Assembly: GCA_034780895.1 (NCBI GenBank)
Contig: JAUZTB010000087.1
Span: 23,733,942-23,797,941 of the forward strand
DNA: 64,000 nucleotides
Direction: 5' to 3'
Origin: Rhynchobatus australiae
Taxonomy: Eukaryota
This document shows, piece by piece, positions 24,561 to 36,900 of the stretch; the stretch's first letter is position 1; the number at the start of each line of letters is the position of its first letter. The notes below the pieces were generated by a model. The model was not told the origin of the DNA, searched no databases, and saw nothing but the letters and a program-made list of their open reading frames with translations. A program made the position numbers and the translations under genes.

Positions 24561-26399
24561 GGTACAAGTAATTGTTTGCATGTGAGTGTATGCACTTGCA
24601 TGCACATTCTTTGTGAGAATGTGGGAGTGAATAAAACTGAGTGATAATATATCAGTATGCTTTTGTCTATAGAAAAACAGATGCTGCTTCAAAAGTATCC
24701 GTGATGTGTTTCATAATATACTTTATTGTTTGTTTACATCTCCATAAAGTAAACATACATTTTTCTGTTTCAATAGTGCTATATCATTGAAAGTTATTGT
24801 TGTTTGTTACTGAGGCTACGGTGCATTAGCACTCCTTATCATCTTTAATCCCTGAATGGTCTTCAATATAAGCAATTAATGCATTCTGTCCCTCACCTTT
24901 CCTCCACTGTCCTCCCTAAGGTAGTAACCTCTTAGGGTTCCAGTCAGTTTGTCTACAGTGATCTTCCCTCCCATTTCTCCTTAGTTACCAAGAGCTTGAC
25001 CCAATTTTCCATACATGTTATCCTTTTTCTCCAATGTAAGCTGGTCCTAAAAAAGTTTATCCATAAGCTTGTGTGCACTAAGATCTACTCTCCTGAAACC
25101 ACATATTTGATTAAAATGTCTAACATCACATTACAAATGAATGGAAGATTACTGAAACTGAATGCCAGGAAACCAAAAGCATCAACTTCCATTTCTACCA
25201 GACGGACAGCTTTAAGCTGGAAGCTCTTTAGTCCAGACCCCTCTTTGAATATATCCAGCAGTTCTTAACTCCGGTGTATTCTTTGATTTTGTGCTGAGGT
25301 TGAAACTCGTACTCAGCCGCCTAGTTCCATTTTACTAACATCACTTATTTCTGACCATGCAAATATTAATTGTTGCCTTCATCACCTGCAGGCTCATATT
25401 CCCTTTTGTTCTCTTCTCCATTGCCTTCTTCATCCCGTCAAACTCTGACTTTCCCAAAATTCCATCTGCATTTATACCATAATAAGTTAGAACCATAGTG
25501 TCACAGAATCATTGAGTCATACAGCATAGAAACAGACCCCCTGGCAGATAGCATCCACTCCAACCGCCAACACTGCTCCTATTTATCCTCTCACCATTCT
25601 TTCAATCCTCGCTCTCATCTGTAGTACACTCCATACCATATACATTGATTTCAAAATCCAGCCCCCTATATTATCTTTCTCCCCAAGGTCATACCCTACC
25701 TCTGTCTCTGACTTCCAGCAGTTCTGGTTCTCAGTTCACACACACTGTGTCTGAAAACTTGGCCTCCAGTCCATCCCATCTTTCTGTTTCTTCAACAGAA
25801 GCAACTCTTCCAGCTAGCACAGGGCTGCAGTCCAAGTTTTTCTTGTCAAGCACATCTCTTCCCATTGGATTAAATTTATTTTCCTAACTTAATTATTCTT
25901 ATTGTTCTGTTTTAATTTAGAGTTTCCCAACTTCTTACTCTCTTAAAGTGTATGTCCATTAATGTATCTGTGTGAATGTGTTTGTCTGTGGAATTTAAGT
26001 GTGAGTTTGTGTGTAATTGTATCTCTGCCTGTGTTTGTCTATATTTAAGTTCGAATGTGTATCACTATATCAGTGTTGACCAATGTGTTTGTGCATGACT
26101 ACATCTATGTGGCTGTGGGTCTCTATCTCTGAATGAGTGAAAATGTATCTGGGTGTCTGCTTGTGTGACAGACTTTCTCAAGTGTGAATCAGTCTGCATT
26201 ATTAGTCAAAATGGTCCATTTTAACCCTCTCCTTTTTTATAGCAAAAATACCAAAACCTACCAGGCTTTTAACAATTCAAAGCTAACACGTTAAAGAATT
26301 TATCCAATTCCAGAAAAAAAGTCAGATAATCTACTGTTCAAAGTGAATTCCAGTTTATTGAGCTATACAGGGAGCACTTTCATAGGCAATGGGGAGAAT

Positions 26400-27007
26400 G
26401 TATACTCGTTATTTGTAAGGGGACGCGTGGGTTCACTGGTTTTCGCCAAGCCTATGAATATGGGATTTAAAAACAGCTGCATGTAAAGATTTTCCTTTAA
26501 GGGAGGGAGGCTGGTTGCAAGGGTAGGGACTTATTAGGAAAATGATGATGATTTTAAAGTGTTTGGTTGATGAAACAATTGAATTCCCCCTCCCGTCAAT
26601 GAAGCTGTCAATCAAAAGGCGGTGCCCTTTGATGTTGAGGAGCCGTCGCCTTGGTCCTAAACACAAACTGCTTCAGATCTTTCTTCTCTCCCTGCTGCCG
26701 TACTTTCACTGAGATTTCTTCCTCGCTCTTTCCCTCTCGCTCCAACTGATTGCAACTTTACATTGCATTCCCCAGGCCGGCTGTCTGCAACAAGCGGCGC
26801 AAGTCCCGGGCAGTAACTTTGTACAGTGGAAAGTGAAGGAGTGGGAGAGAGGTGGGGTGGGGGGAGGGGGGAAAAGAGGANNNNNNNNNNNNNNNNNNNN
26901 NNNNNNNNNNNNNNNNNNNNNNNNNNNNNNNNNNNNNNNNNNNNNNNNNNNNNNNNNNNNNNNNNNNNNNNNNNNNNNNNAAAAGAGGAGAAAACATCCC
27001 AAGGAAA
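26400..27007 (+). promoter_or_regulatory. TCF7 proximal promoter / 5' UTR with Wnt-response element
   Basis: CpG-enriched and repeat-free. CCTTTGATGT at 26626-26635 (TCF/LEF consensus); CTGTCAATCA at 26605-26614 (reverse of PBX-MEIS TGATTGACAG); G-tracts at 26843-26871. The TSS cannot be placed. Confidence 0.7.
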
Positions 27008-27202
27008 ATGCCGCAGCTGAACAGCGGTGGAGGGGATGATCTGGGGGCGAACGATGAAATGATCTCCTTTAAAGACGAAGGGGAGCAAGAGGAGAAAATC
27101 TCCGAGAACGCTCTCACCGAGAGGGACTTGGCAGACGTGAAGTCATCGCTAGTCAACGAGTCGGAGACTAACCAGAACGCGAATCCTGCATCCGATCCAG
27201 AG
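27008..27202 (+). CDS. TCF7: TCF/LEF transcription factor (most likely TCF7), coding exon 1, beta-catenin-binding domain
   Basis: ATG at 27008 gives [65 protein letters not shown] (195 nt, 65 codons), the canonical TCF/LEF N-terminus. Ends at donor GAG|GTGAGT, phase 0. Confidence 0.95.
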
Positions 27203-27330
27203 GTGAGTGAATGAAGGAGTTTGATCCTTGCAGCATTCATGGATTTCCAGGCTACTAGGACATGCGCGTACATTTACCCTCGCCAAGACCATCTCACGCA
27301 AATTCTTCTTTCACATGATCTCTTTAACAG

Positions 27331-27397
27331 GCGATCACACGTTCTCGGGACAGTCAAAGAATTTACCAAGATAAATCCAAAGAACACATCGATGACG
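27331..27397 (+). CDS. TCF7: TCF7 coding exon 2
   Basis: Acceptor TCTTTAACAG|GCG; 67 nt encoding AITRSRDSQRIYQDKSKEHIDD plus 1 nt; donor G|GTAGGT (phase 1). The 67-nt size and phases match exon 2 of TCF/LEF genes as I recall them, and the frame joins exons 1 and 3. Confidence 0.92.
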
Positions 27398-27537
27398 GTA
27401 GGTTGGCTCCTGGTCTTTATTTTTGGGAGAGCCCCACCATTTAGAAAATCCTCCTTTTACTCGCCAACCGCTTGCAGCAACGTTTTGTGAATGTCAGCCG
27501 GGCATTAAAACTTTCCCCCTTGTTCTCTCCCGTGCAG

Positions 27538-27650
27538 TTACAAAGCAGCGTCAAGATGGAGGTATGTTCAAAGGGACAGCCTACTCGGGGTATCCCCACT
27601 TTCTGATGCTCCAGGATCCCTACCTGGCCAATGGATCCCTCTCTCCCTCT
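27538..27650 (+). CDS. TCF7: TCF7 coding exon 3
   Basis: Pyrimidine tract and CGTGCAG|TT acceptor; 113 nt encoding (V)[37 protein letters not shown]; donor TCT|GTAAGT (phase 0). LMLxDPYLxNGS without the IPDLTS/ART residues of TCF7L2 favours TCF7. Confidence 0.92.
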
Positions 27651-29039
27651 GTAAGTGCTGGGCACTTTGTAGACGTTGCACATTGGTACCTCTCGGGATC
27701 GCACCTCTCATGATGTTTTGTTTTGAAAGTTGGGATGGGAGGGGGGAGGAAGAATTAGTCATATTGCAGGAAATAAACCTCCATCAACGGTTCGTCCTGA
27801 GGTTACATTCAATTTGAGGGGTCGGTGATCTTTTATTTTGAATGTGCTGATGCTTTATTTCGGAATGTGACCTCTTTTTGTCTGGTAAATGCCATGGTGA
27901 AATTATACGGAATTTATTCCCAGTTATTAATGTCTTTTGACATATTTCAAGCCAGTAAGAATAGGATAAAAAAGCATCACTTGTGGTTGCTGCCTTGTGC
28001 CTGGCGAAGGTTGCTGATCAGCTGCTGGGTTCATCTGTGCTGCTGTATCCGTGTGAGGAAACGACGCCAGAGATTTGTCAGTGTGCGTTTCAAGTTATCC
28101 ATTGTTTTTTGTTTGTGTGTGGTAGGGATGGGAGGGGGTGATGGCAATTGATTTTGGATCATTCTCTCTCCGATCTGTCAATAGTTATAAAATAAAGCCA
28201 ACTGCCACAATTTGTACGTTAAACATGCCTGCCGAGTAGGCTAGGAAGGAGCCTTGTCTTGAAAGCCGAATAGTACTGTGGAGGGACTACCAATAAAATA
28301 TAATCCAGAGCAAGCCCCGCATTATTTTTACACAGAATCTGTCTTCAGTTGGAGGTTTGGGGAACAAAAACAGTTGTAATATTAGTTTCGTGTAATTTCA
28401 TGTTTTCTGGGCGCTAATAAATCTGAAAAATAATAGTTTTCTATCAGTGAATTGTAACCAATTGTTTCCTAATATCTAACTATAGCAAATTTTAAACACA
28501 ATTCAAAAGTAGAGAAAATGTTTTATGGAATTTTGTGTGATATCTGGTTCCTATGGGGAAAATATCTACACACTGAGTATAGCATAAAAATGGTATAGAA
28601 ATAATCTTTACCCAGTTCACAGTGTGTGGTGTTGAAACATACTGTACTTGTTTTGCCCAACATGATTTGCATTTCAAAGTAATATCCCACCGGTCTTTCT
28701 CCTTGATGTGTCAACATTTAAATCAAGCAATCAGCACTTTTCTGAATAATGCTGTAAATTTCAATCTAAGAAACAAAACATTTGGAGACTAAGGAAGTCA
28801 CTTTCTGAAAAGCAATAATAGAATCAGTTTTTTCAAATGCATTTGCTTAGGTTATCACTACATTAGCAAAAGGCTACCTTTGTTATGTTTAAGGCAGAAG
28901 GTATAATTGGACCCTGTCTTACTTTTTCACTGTTTCTTCTAGTTGATGGAAAGGATTGTGAAGTCTGCCCACAAACTTACATGACAAGAATAGGTACTAT
29001 GGACCCAACAGCTGTCAACTAGTCAGCTTTCCCTCATTT

Positions 29040-29300
29040 TCTTTTTTTTCAAGAAGTTTGCTTATCTGATATCAGATAAATGCTCTGTTGAGCATTTCCA
29101 TCCAAACAGTCAAACCTCCTCAACATGCTGCTGTGTTCTGTGTCTTGTACTGTTGTGCAATGTGGTTTGAGTGGTTGTCTTTTTTTCCTCACAGCGGAGT
29201 CAAATGGAANNNNNNNNNNNNNNNNNNNNNNAGCTGGAGGGCTGGAGGGCTAGAGAGGTGATGGGCGGGACGGGGAGGGGGTGGAGTTGGGGTGGAATTA
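29040..29300. promoter_or_regulatory. Candidate intronic regulatory element (GATA palindrome, RUNX, GC boxes)
   Basis: TTATCTGATATCAGATAA at 29062-29079; TGTGGTT at 29161-29167; GGGCGG and G-rich tract at about 29263-29295. Confidence 0.4.
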
Positions 29301-32300
29301 GATCAGACACAATCTTTGTTGTTAGCTTAGTAACATAACACAGGCGCTGTTGGAAAAAAATGGCATTACTGTTTAATAACTGCTTACAGGCTCAGAGTTT
29401 CCGTGAATTAGACACACTGTTCATTTCATACAGACTGACATGAACTGTCAGAAATCTCATTCAAGGGGCAGTCTTGCTTTCAGTGTCCCTTTTCAAAACT
29501 AAATAGTTAAAAAAAGGCTGGGAATAACTATGGCTATTTTTATCCTTTGATTCTGGTTTATATTTTTTAAACTGCTTTTATTCAAAAATCAATGTTGATA
29601 TAGGAGTCTGATTTTAGGTAAGCCACTGAGAGTGTACAAAATGAAGGAAGTGGATTATTATTAGACACAGGCAATTCAAATTGAACATTTCAACTGTGTG
29701 CAGTTGGTTCAGTTTCCTCACACAATCAGTCTTGGTATCTTACAAAGCTAATTTCCACAATAACAATACAATTTAAACAAAAATATCTCCAGGAAATAAC
29801 ATGAAAAGTAATGACTTTTTTGTGCAATTTGTTTATTTTCATCTGTGGAATTCTCTCTGGGCTATGATTGTACAGCTGGAGCCCATGTCAACAAAGATAA
29901 AATGGTAGTTCTCTCTGTTTAAGCCTTGAACATTGCATTAGACAATGATTTCATGCAAGTCTTTACATTCTTGAGCCAGACTTGGTTACAAACATTGCTT
30001 TGGATCCAGTTTTTATGGTAACAATTAACCTTGAATGAAATTAGTTCAAACTCCAAAATAAACTTTGGGAAATAAGTGAGGACAGTGATTAGACATTTAA
30101 AAAAAATCCTGTAAGTTGATGAGGGTGGGAGTAACAGAGGAAAAAAAAGATGGGATGTATGAATCAGCAAGAAACAAAAGTCATTTAAAGTGTTATAAAT
30201 GTATAAAATTACAAGAATAGGATGGGGATAAAAGGCAAGATTAGTCAAGCAGAATAGTGAATTTAATGTTTTCACTTAAATTGTATGTTTAAACTTTGTT
30301 GATAGCATAGAACTAACAATACTGATCTAAGACAACATTTGTCACAACCATATCTTTGTTAGATTAATATTATGTTTTTGTTTCAACAATATAGTATTGA
30401 ATTTGAAATTCTTTTACAAAAAAATGGCCAACTGAGATTTCCTAGAATTCCCTGTGACTACCAGCAGGCTTGGGGAGTTAAAACAAAACATTAACAACAA
30501 GACTTCCTGTGTTCTGAAGGACAAACTACACTGAAAACATAGTGGACAAAAAATTCTGTGATAACTCGTATGTTTGTCCACAAAACAGAAAGGAGATACA
30601 TATCTATTTTTGTAAAAGTAGCTTAAAAACTATACAATTAAGTTNNNNNNNNNNNNNNNNNNNNNNNNNNNNNNNNNNNNNNNNNNNNNNNNNNNNNNNN
30701 NNNNNNNNNNNNNNNNNNNNNNNNNNNNNNNNNNNNNNNNNNNNNNNNNNNNNNNNNNNNNNNNNNNNNNATACCCTTGGATTGTAAATGCTTCAATGTA
30801 AAGTTTAGTAAATGTCTGCAGATGTACCAATGCACAAAATCCACAATTTCTGCAGCAAAAAGATTTTCAGTGTTTCTAACTTCTACCCTTGTGATAAGTT
30901 GCCTTTGAAGGATCCAGGGTATACTTAAGTTGAGATATTCAAACTAATTTCTAATAGCTGCATGCTCCTGGCACTAAATTGGCAGTCTCACAGGTAAAGA
31001 TGGTGAACTTGGCGAATGGAAATATTATAGGTTGTTTTGTAGAGTTTGAGGTAAAGGCTTGTTGATGCAAAGAGATAAGGACAATAGATACAGGATGACC
31101 AGAGAATGCATGTTAAGAATTAACAAAAATAATTTTTAAAGTAATTTATTCTTTGCACTGGTTTGTTTTATAAATAAACATTACAGAAGTGTCCTGTCAG
31201 GCTTATAGATTATCAATTTTCTGTTTAAAAATATTGAACATTTAGAGCAAACTAATGCTTCCTATTCCATGTATGTTCATTTCCTCTAGTCCATAATACC
31301 TCAGACGGGACAAAAAAACTCCCTGTCCCTGACAATGGTTGCCTACAACTGGGCTAAGGGGTAAGACGATGCAGTTCAATAATCCACATTGATTTGCAAT
31401 TGTCCTCCACCTCCCCAGTGCCACCCACAAATTTACAGAAAACATCTTGCTTTTATTCAGCATGTCTCCAAATGCTTCCACTAAGAATGAGTGATGAACA
31501 AAATGGTCAGATAGATAGAACATGGCGAGGGTGGGGAAAATCACAGGTTTGTTTTGCCTGAAACAGTAGAGATGGTGTATAATTTGCAGACAAAAACATG
31601 TAACAGTTTCTCATTCAATGCTTGGGCAAGCTGTAGTTTAGAACAACAGTGCTTGATTTGAATGACTACAATAATTCACTTGTAAAGAGACATTTTTTTC
31701 TACTCTTTTGCAACAAGTTGACAGTACTTTGGTTGTTCTGATTGACAAATCTGCTGGATTGAATCCAGGCAGACCAGGCTTGCCATTTTAAAGTCTCCTG
31801 AATTGTGAACTGTAGCAGTTTTGTTCAAATTGCTACGCTGCTCTGGTTCCATAGTGCATAAAAGGCTATGTTACTCTCCTGCATCCCACTATCATACCAG
31901 CATTTTTTAACTAACCATTTGAGCAATGTAAGAAATATAGCTTTTTGACATTATCTCATGTCTATCCAATTAGTTAAGCCCATTACACTAACCCAACACT
32001 TCAAACTGTGAGACCCAATTAGTTTCTTAGGAGAGGGGGCGCATTATTTACATGGTGCTTTTAATGCAGAAAAATGTTTCCAAGTCACCTCAGACATCTG
32101 GTGAGGCCAGCTGTGTTGAATCTACAAAAGTGATCATTAAAAAAGTTTTCTTTTTCCCTCTAAAGGATCCTAAAACATACTTAGATATTTTGATTGGACG
32201 ATTACTGGTTTGGGAGTGAAGCAAAGGCTGGAATAGGATTGAATGGAGAACTAACGTGAAATCAGTGATGTGTTGTAAATAAATGTTCAAGGTGGGAGAT

Positions 32301-33274
32301 CTGCCCCAGGATAGGCTTTGGGTCTTACATCTACAGAACTGGCAGCAAAGGACACCTGCTGGTCCAGACCCTCCTAAAAATGTCAAGCCTGGACATTTTT
32401 GCCCACCAACTAGAAGGTACTTTGGGGAAGGTGCCTGAGAGGATGAGATGCACACAGACCCACTCACAATAAACAAGGTACAGCTTCTCAAGGNNNNNNN
32501 NNNNNNNNNNNNNNNNNNNNNNNNNNNNNNNNNNNNNNNNNNNNNNNNNNNNNNNNNNNNNNNNNNNNNNNNNNNNNNNNNNNNNNNNNNNNNGAGAGGA
32601 TGAGATGCACACAGACAGACTACAACCTGTATTTTTTTTGGGATGAGATGGGAGCAGTGGTCTATTTCTTTCTGGATCCACATTAAGATAAATGGAAAGC
32701 TTTTATCTCCTCTCCTATGGCCTCCTGCATTCTCTTTAGGTCTGCTGGTAATATTTCATTGCAATGGCCCTTCCCACCCCACCCCCCCCCCCCAACTAAA
32801 ACAGACAGTTCAGGTATGGTGCTTATTCTGGGTATCTCATTGCAATATTCCTGGGGTTTAATGGCCAATTCAGATGTATTTTCTGGATGATAAAAAGTTA
32901 TTTATCCATTATGGTCACCAAGCTTTGGTGTTGGAAATCTTAGCATAGATTTATGTGATTCCCTTTGGATTTATACTTTGGTGTTTTTATTATTTATCAA
33001 AATATCATTGATCACACCCATAGAGATGTGAAATGAAGTTAATTTCATTAGTAAAATGTTATGCTGAGCTTTCCATTTTATTTCTGCAAAGACAAGACAA
33101 TCACATAACTTCCAGTATTATTTCACCTCTACAAAATATTGCCATGGTGACAAGCAGACAATTATTACTGATCCTAAAATTTTCTCATGAAGATTTTGAA
33201 GATCAAACTAACTAGAGGATCTGTGCTTAATAGGAATTTGTGGCTGCAGTTGGAATAATTTTTAGAAACACAGG

Positions 33275-36200
33275 GAGTAGGAAAATTAACCTTTTGAGCC
33301 TTTTCTGCCCTTCAGTAAGATCATCACAACTCTGTGACATAATTCCAAATACTTTTCTCTATACCCCTTTTAATACCTTTTAATGATCAAAAATCTATCA
33401 ATTTCAGATTTAAAATTAATAATTGACCTAATGTTACTTGGCATTTGCTGAGGAGAATTTCAAATTTCTGTCCCCTCTGCCTGTGTAAATATTTTCTTCT
33501 CAATCCTGAAAGGCCCATTCCTAATTGTAACCGAGTCCCAGGCACCCCAACCAGTAGAAATAGTTTCCTTTTTAAAATCCATTTAATTCTGTTTAATATC
33601 ATGAAAACTTCAAACAAATTATCCTTTAACCTTTTAAATTCCAGAGAATGTATTCCATGTCTGTGTAATAAATAAAGAGCATGCTGGAAATACTGAGCAG
33701 ATCAAGCAGAATCTGTGGAGAAGTAACATTTTAGGTCCACTTCTATCTCAACTGATGCTTTCCAGCATCTGCATTATTTTATTTTTCTGTTTTAGTTTGT
33801 GTCTCTCCTTAATATTTAACCTTTGGATTTCAGGAGTCATTTTTGTAAATCTACACCACACATCTGCCTTTTTCTGACAACAGTTCTGTAAATAAATTGA
33901 TTTTAATATCCCTTGGTAGTTTTTTTATATTCCCCTTTTGTAACTGGCACTATTCATTTTAACACTGTTTCCATGTGGTTCCCTCAGTTGCCATGATCTG
34001 CTGTAGTTTTTCTCTTTCTGTGTACTGTTAATTTCACGTTTTCTCTTAACTCTTTGGTCACCCATGACCTCTTATAAGAAACTGTAGCTCTTGCCCTTTG
34101 GAGGTTTAAACTGGTTCCCTCTAACATTAAATTTATTTTTTAACACTTCCTATAGCTTCAATAGATAAATGTTGGCTCTCAGACATTATTGTTTCAGCAA
34201 ATTATCCTCTGTTCACTCCAAAAGTTTGTTACCTTTCAGTCAGGAGCTGCCCAAATTTATAGAAAAGTTGAAATCCCCCCCATTAAAGGCATCTTGCGTT
34301 TGATACACAGAATCACAGAGTCATACAACACAGAGATGGGCCCTTCGGCCCAACACATCCATACGAACCTTTTTTCCCATCTGCACTAATCTCATTTGCC
34401 CTCATTAAGCTGTATCCTTCCACGCCTTGCCTATTTAAGTCTAAATGCATCTTAAACATTGTGATTGTATCTGATTCCACCACCTTCTCTGGCAGGGATT
34501 CCAGGTATCAACCACTCTCTGAGTGAAAAAATTCCCCCTCAGGTCCCCTTTAAAACTCCTTCCTTTCACCTTAAACTTATGTCCTCATGTTTTTGATATC
34601 CCTATCCAAGGAAAAAGATAGAAACATAGAAAACCTACAGCACAATTCAGGCCCTTCAGCCCACAAAGCTGTGCCAAACATGTCCCTACCCTAGAAGTTA
34701 CTAGGCTTACCCATAGCCCTCTATTTTACCCAGCTCCAAGTACCTATCCAACAGTCTCTTAAAAGACCCTATCATATCCGCCTCCACCATCATTGCTGGC
34801 AGCCCATCCCATGCACTCACCACTCTCTTGAGTAAAAAAACTTGCATGCTGGTCACAGCCTTCCAATCAGAAAAACATCCTTCCACCACTATCCTCCGCC
34901 TCCTATCACGAGCCAGTTTTGGATCCACTTAGCCAGCTTGCCTTCTGGACCAGCTTACCATCCAGAACTTTGCCAAGTGCCTTACTGAGGTCCCTATAGA
35001 CATCATCTACCACCCTGCCTTCATAAATCTCCTTTGTTACTCTCTCAAAAAAACTCAGATCAGTGAGACAGTATTTCCCCAACATGAACCTATGCTGACT
35101 ATTCCTAATCAGTCCCTGCCTTTCCAAATGTACATTAATCCTGTTCCTTAGGATTTTCTCCAATAGTTTCCCTATCAGTGATGTAATTTCTGCATTTATA
35201 GACCTGTACAGCATGGAAACAGGCCCTTCGGCCCAACTTGTTAATGCCAATTGTGTTGCCCAGTGAGCTAGTTCCATCTGTCCACATGTGGCCCATAGCC
35301 CTCTAAACCTATCCTATCTAAACCATTTATGAATAAGAACATTAAATGTTGGAGCATAAGCCTGCTCTGCCATTCAGTAAGATTATGGCTGATCTGATCT
35401 TTGGTTCAACTCCATTCTCCTGCTAAATTGCTAGAACCCTTGATTTTGCCATCTACAAAAATCCATCTGGCTTGGGCTTAAATATACTTAATAACTCAAC
35501 GTCTCTGGCTCTCTTAGGCAGAGAATTCCAAAGGTCCACAGCCCTTTGAGAGAAGAATTTTCTTCTCATTTCAGTCTGAAGTGATTAAACCCTTGACTGA
35601 GTCTATGCCCCCAGTTCAGGATTCCCCTTCCAACAGAATCATCCTCACACCATCTACCCTGCTAATCTTATGTTTCAATGTGATCACTTATCATTCTTCT
35701 AAACTCCAGAATGTATAACAATTCTGCTGAATTTTTCTTCAGTGGTTAGCCTCCTCACCCCGCAAATCAATTCAGTGAACCTTTGTAGCACTGTCTCAAA
35801 GGCACGTGTATCGTTCCATAAATAAGGGGATCACAACAGAATATACCTCTCCCCAGTTACAGACACTGGGCAGCCTATTCCCTATCAGAGGAGTTTAACC
35901 CTCTCACCCACCTCTCCCCATTTACACACACTGGGCAGCTTGTTCTCTATCGGNNNNNNNNNNNNNNNNNNNNNNNNNNNNNNNNNNNNNNNNNNNNNNN
36001 NNNNNNNNNNNNNNNNNNNNNNNNNNNNNNNNNNNNNNNNNNNNNNNNNNNNNNNNNNNNNNNNNNNNNNNNNNNNNNNNNNNNNNNNNNNNNNNNNNNN
36101 NNNNNNNNNNNNNNNNNNNNNNNNNNNNNNNNNNNNNNNNNNNNNNNNNNNNNNNNNNNNNNNNNNNNNNNNNNNNNNNNNNNNNNNNNNNNNNNNNNNN

Positions 36201-36900
36201 NNNNNNNNNNNNNNNNNNNNNNNNNNNNNNNNNNNNNNNNNNNNNNNNNNNNNNNNNNNNNNNNNNNNNNNNNNNNNNNNNNNNNNNNNNNNNNNNNNNN
36301 NNNNNNNNNNNNNNNNNNNNNNNNNNNNNNNNNNNNNNNNNNNNNNNNNNNNNNNNNNNATACCTTACACTCAGTCCCTTCATTAGTCATTAATATAGAT
36401 TGTAAATAGTTGAGGCCCCAGCACTAATCCCTGAGGCATCCAGTTGTAGCTTACTAACTTGAACATGATCTGTTTATCTTTATTCATTTTTTCTCTATTA
36501 CAGTGCCCTCTATACATGTGAATATGCCACCATCATTCCCACGAGCCCTTATTTTTCACAGTACATTTTATGTGGCACATTTTGGAGATTCAAATACATG
36601 ACATCACTGTCCTCTTGTTAACTAAATACTGAAAAATATTCTAAAAGTTCATTAAACATGCTTTCATAAAGCTCTGTTGACACTGCCTAATCATGTTCAG
36701 CCTTCCTAAGCACTTGTTTATAATTTAAGAATGGATTCCAGAGTTTTCTTGACAACTGATGTAGCTTTATAGTTGGCTGTTTCCTCTCCCTTGTTATTTG
36801 AATAGCAATATTACATTTGGCATCGGTTAGGACTTTTCCAGAACCTAGGCAATGCATCCACCATCTTTCAGTACCCTATATTGCAGTCACAAGGTCAAAT
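33275..36900 (-). mobile_element. Cluster of stacked or nested minus-strand CR1 fragments
   Basis: Successive reverse CR1 3' tails at ~33275, 34305, 34618, 35195 and 35333, plus an RT piece at 34845-35180 (LLEKILRNRINVHLERQGLIRNSQHRF). Confidence 0.8.
35845..35953. repeat. 65-bp-unit minisatellite running into an N gap
   Basis: ACCTCTCCCCAGTTACAGACACTGGGCAGCCTATTCCCTATC at 35845 recurs at 35910 as ACCTCTCCCCATTTACACACACTGGGCAGCTTGTTCTCTATC. Confidence 0.8.

Noticed and set aside
26758-27273. Minus-strand 171-aa ORF and the N-terminal extension of ORF 26852-27214
   Set aside because: The first is antisense to TCF7 exon 1. The extension spans a gap and starts at a non-ATG codon, whereas the conserved start is MPQL at 27008.
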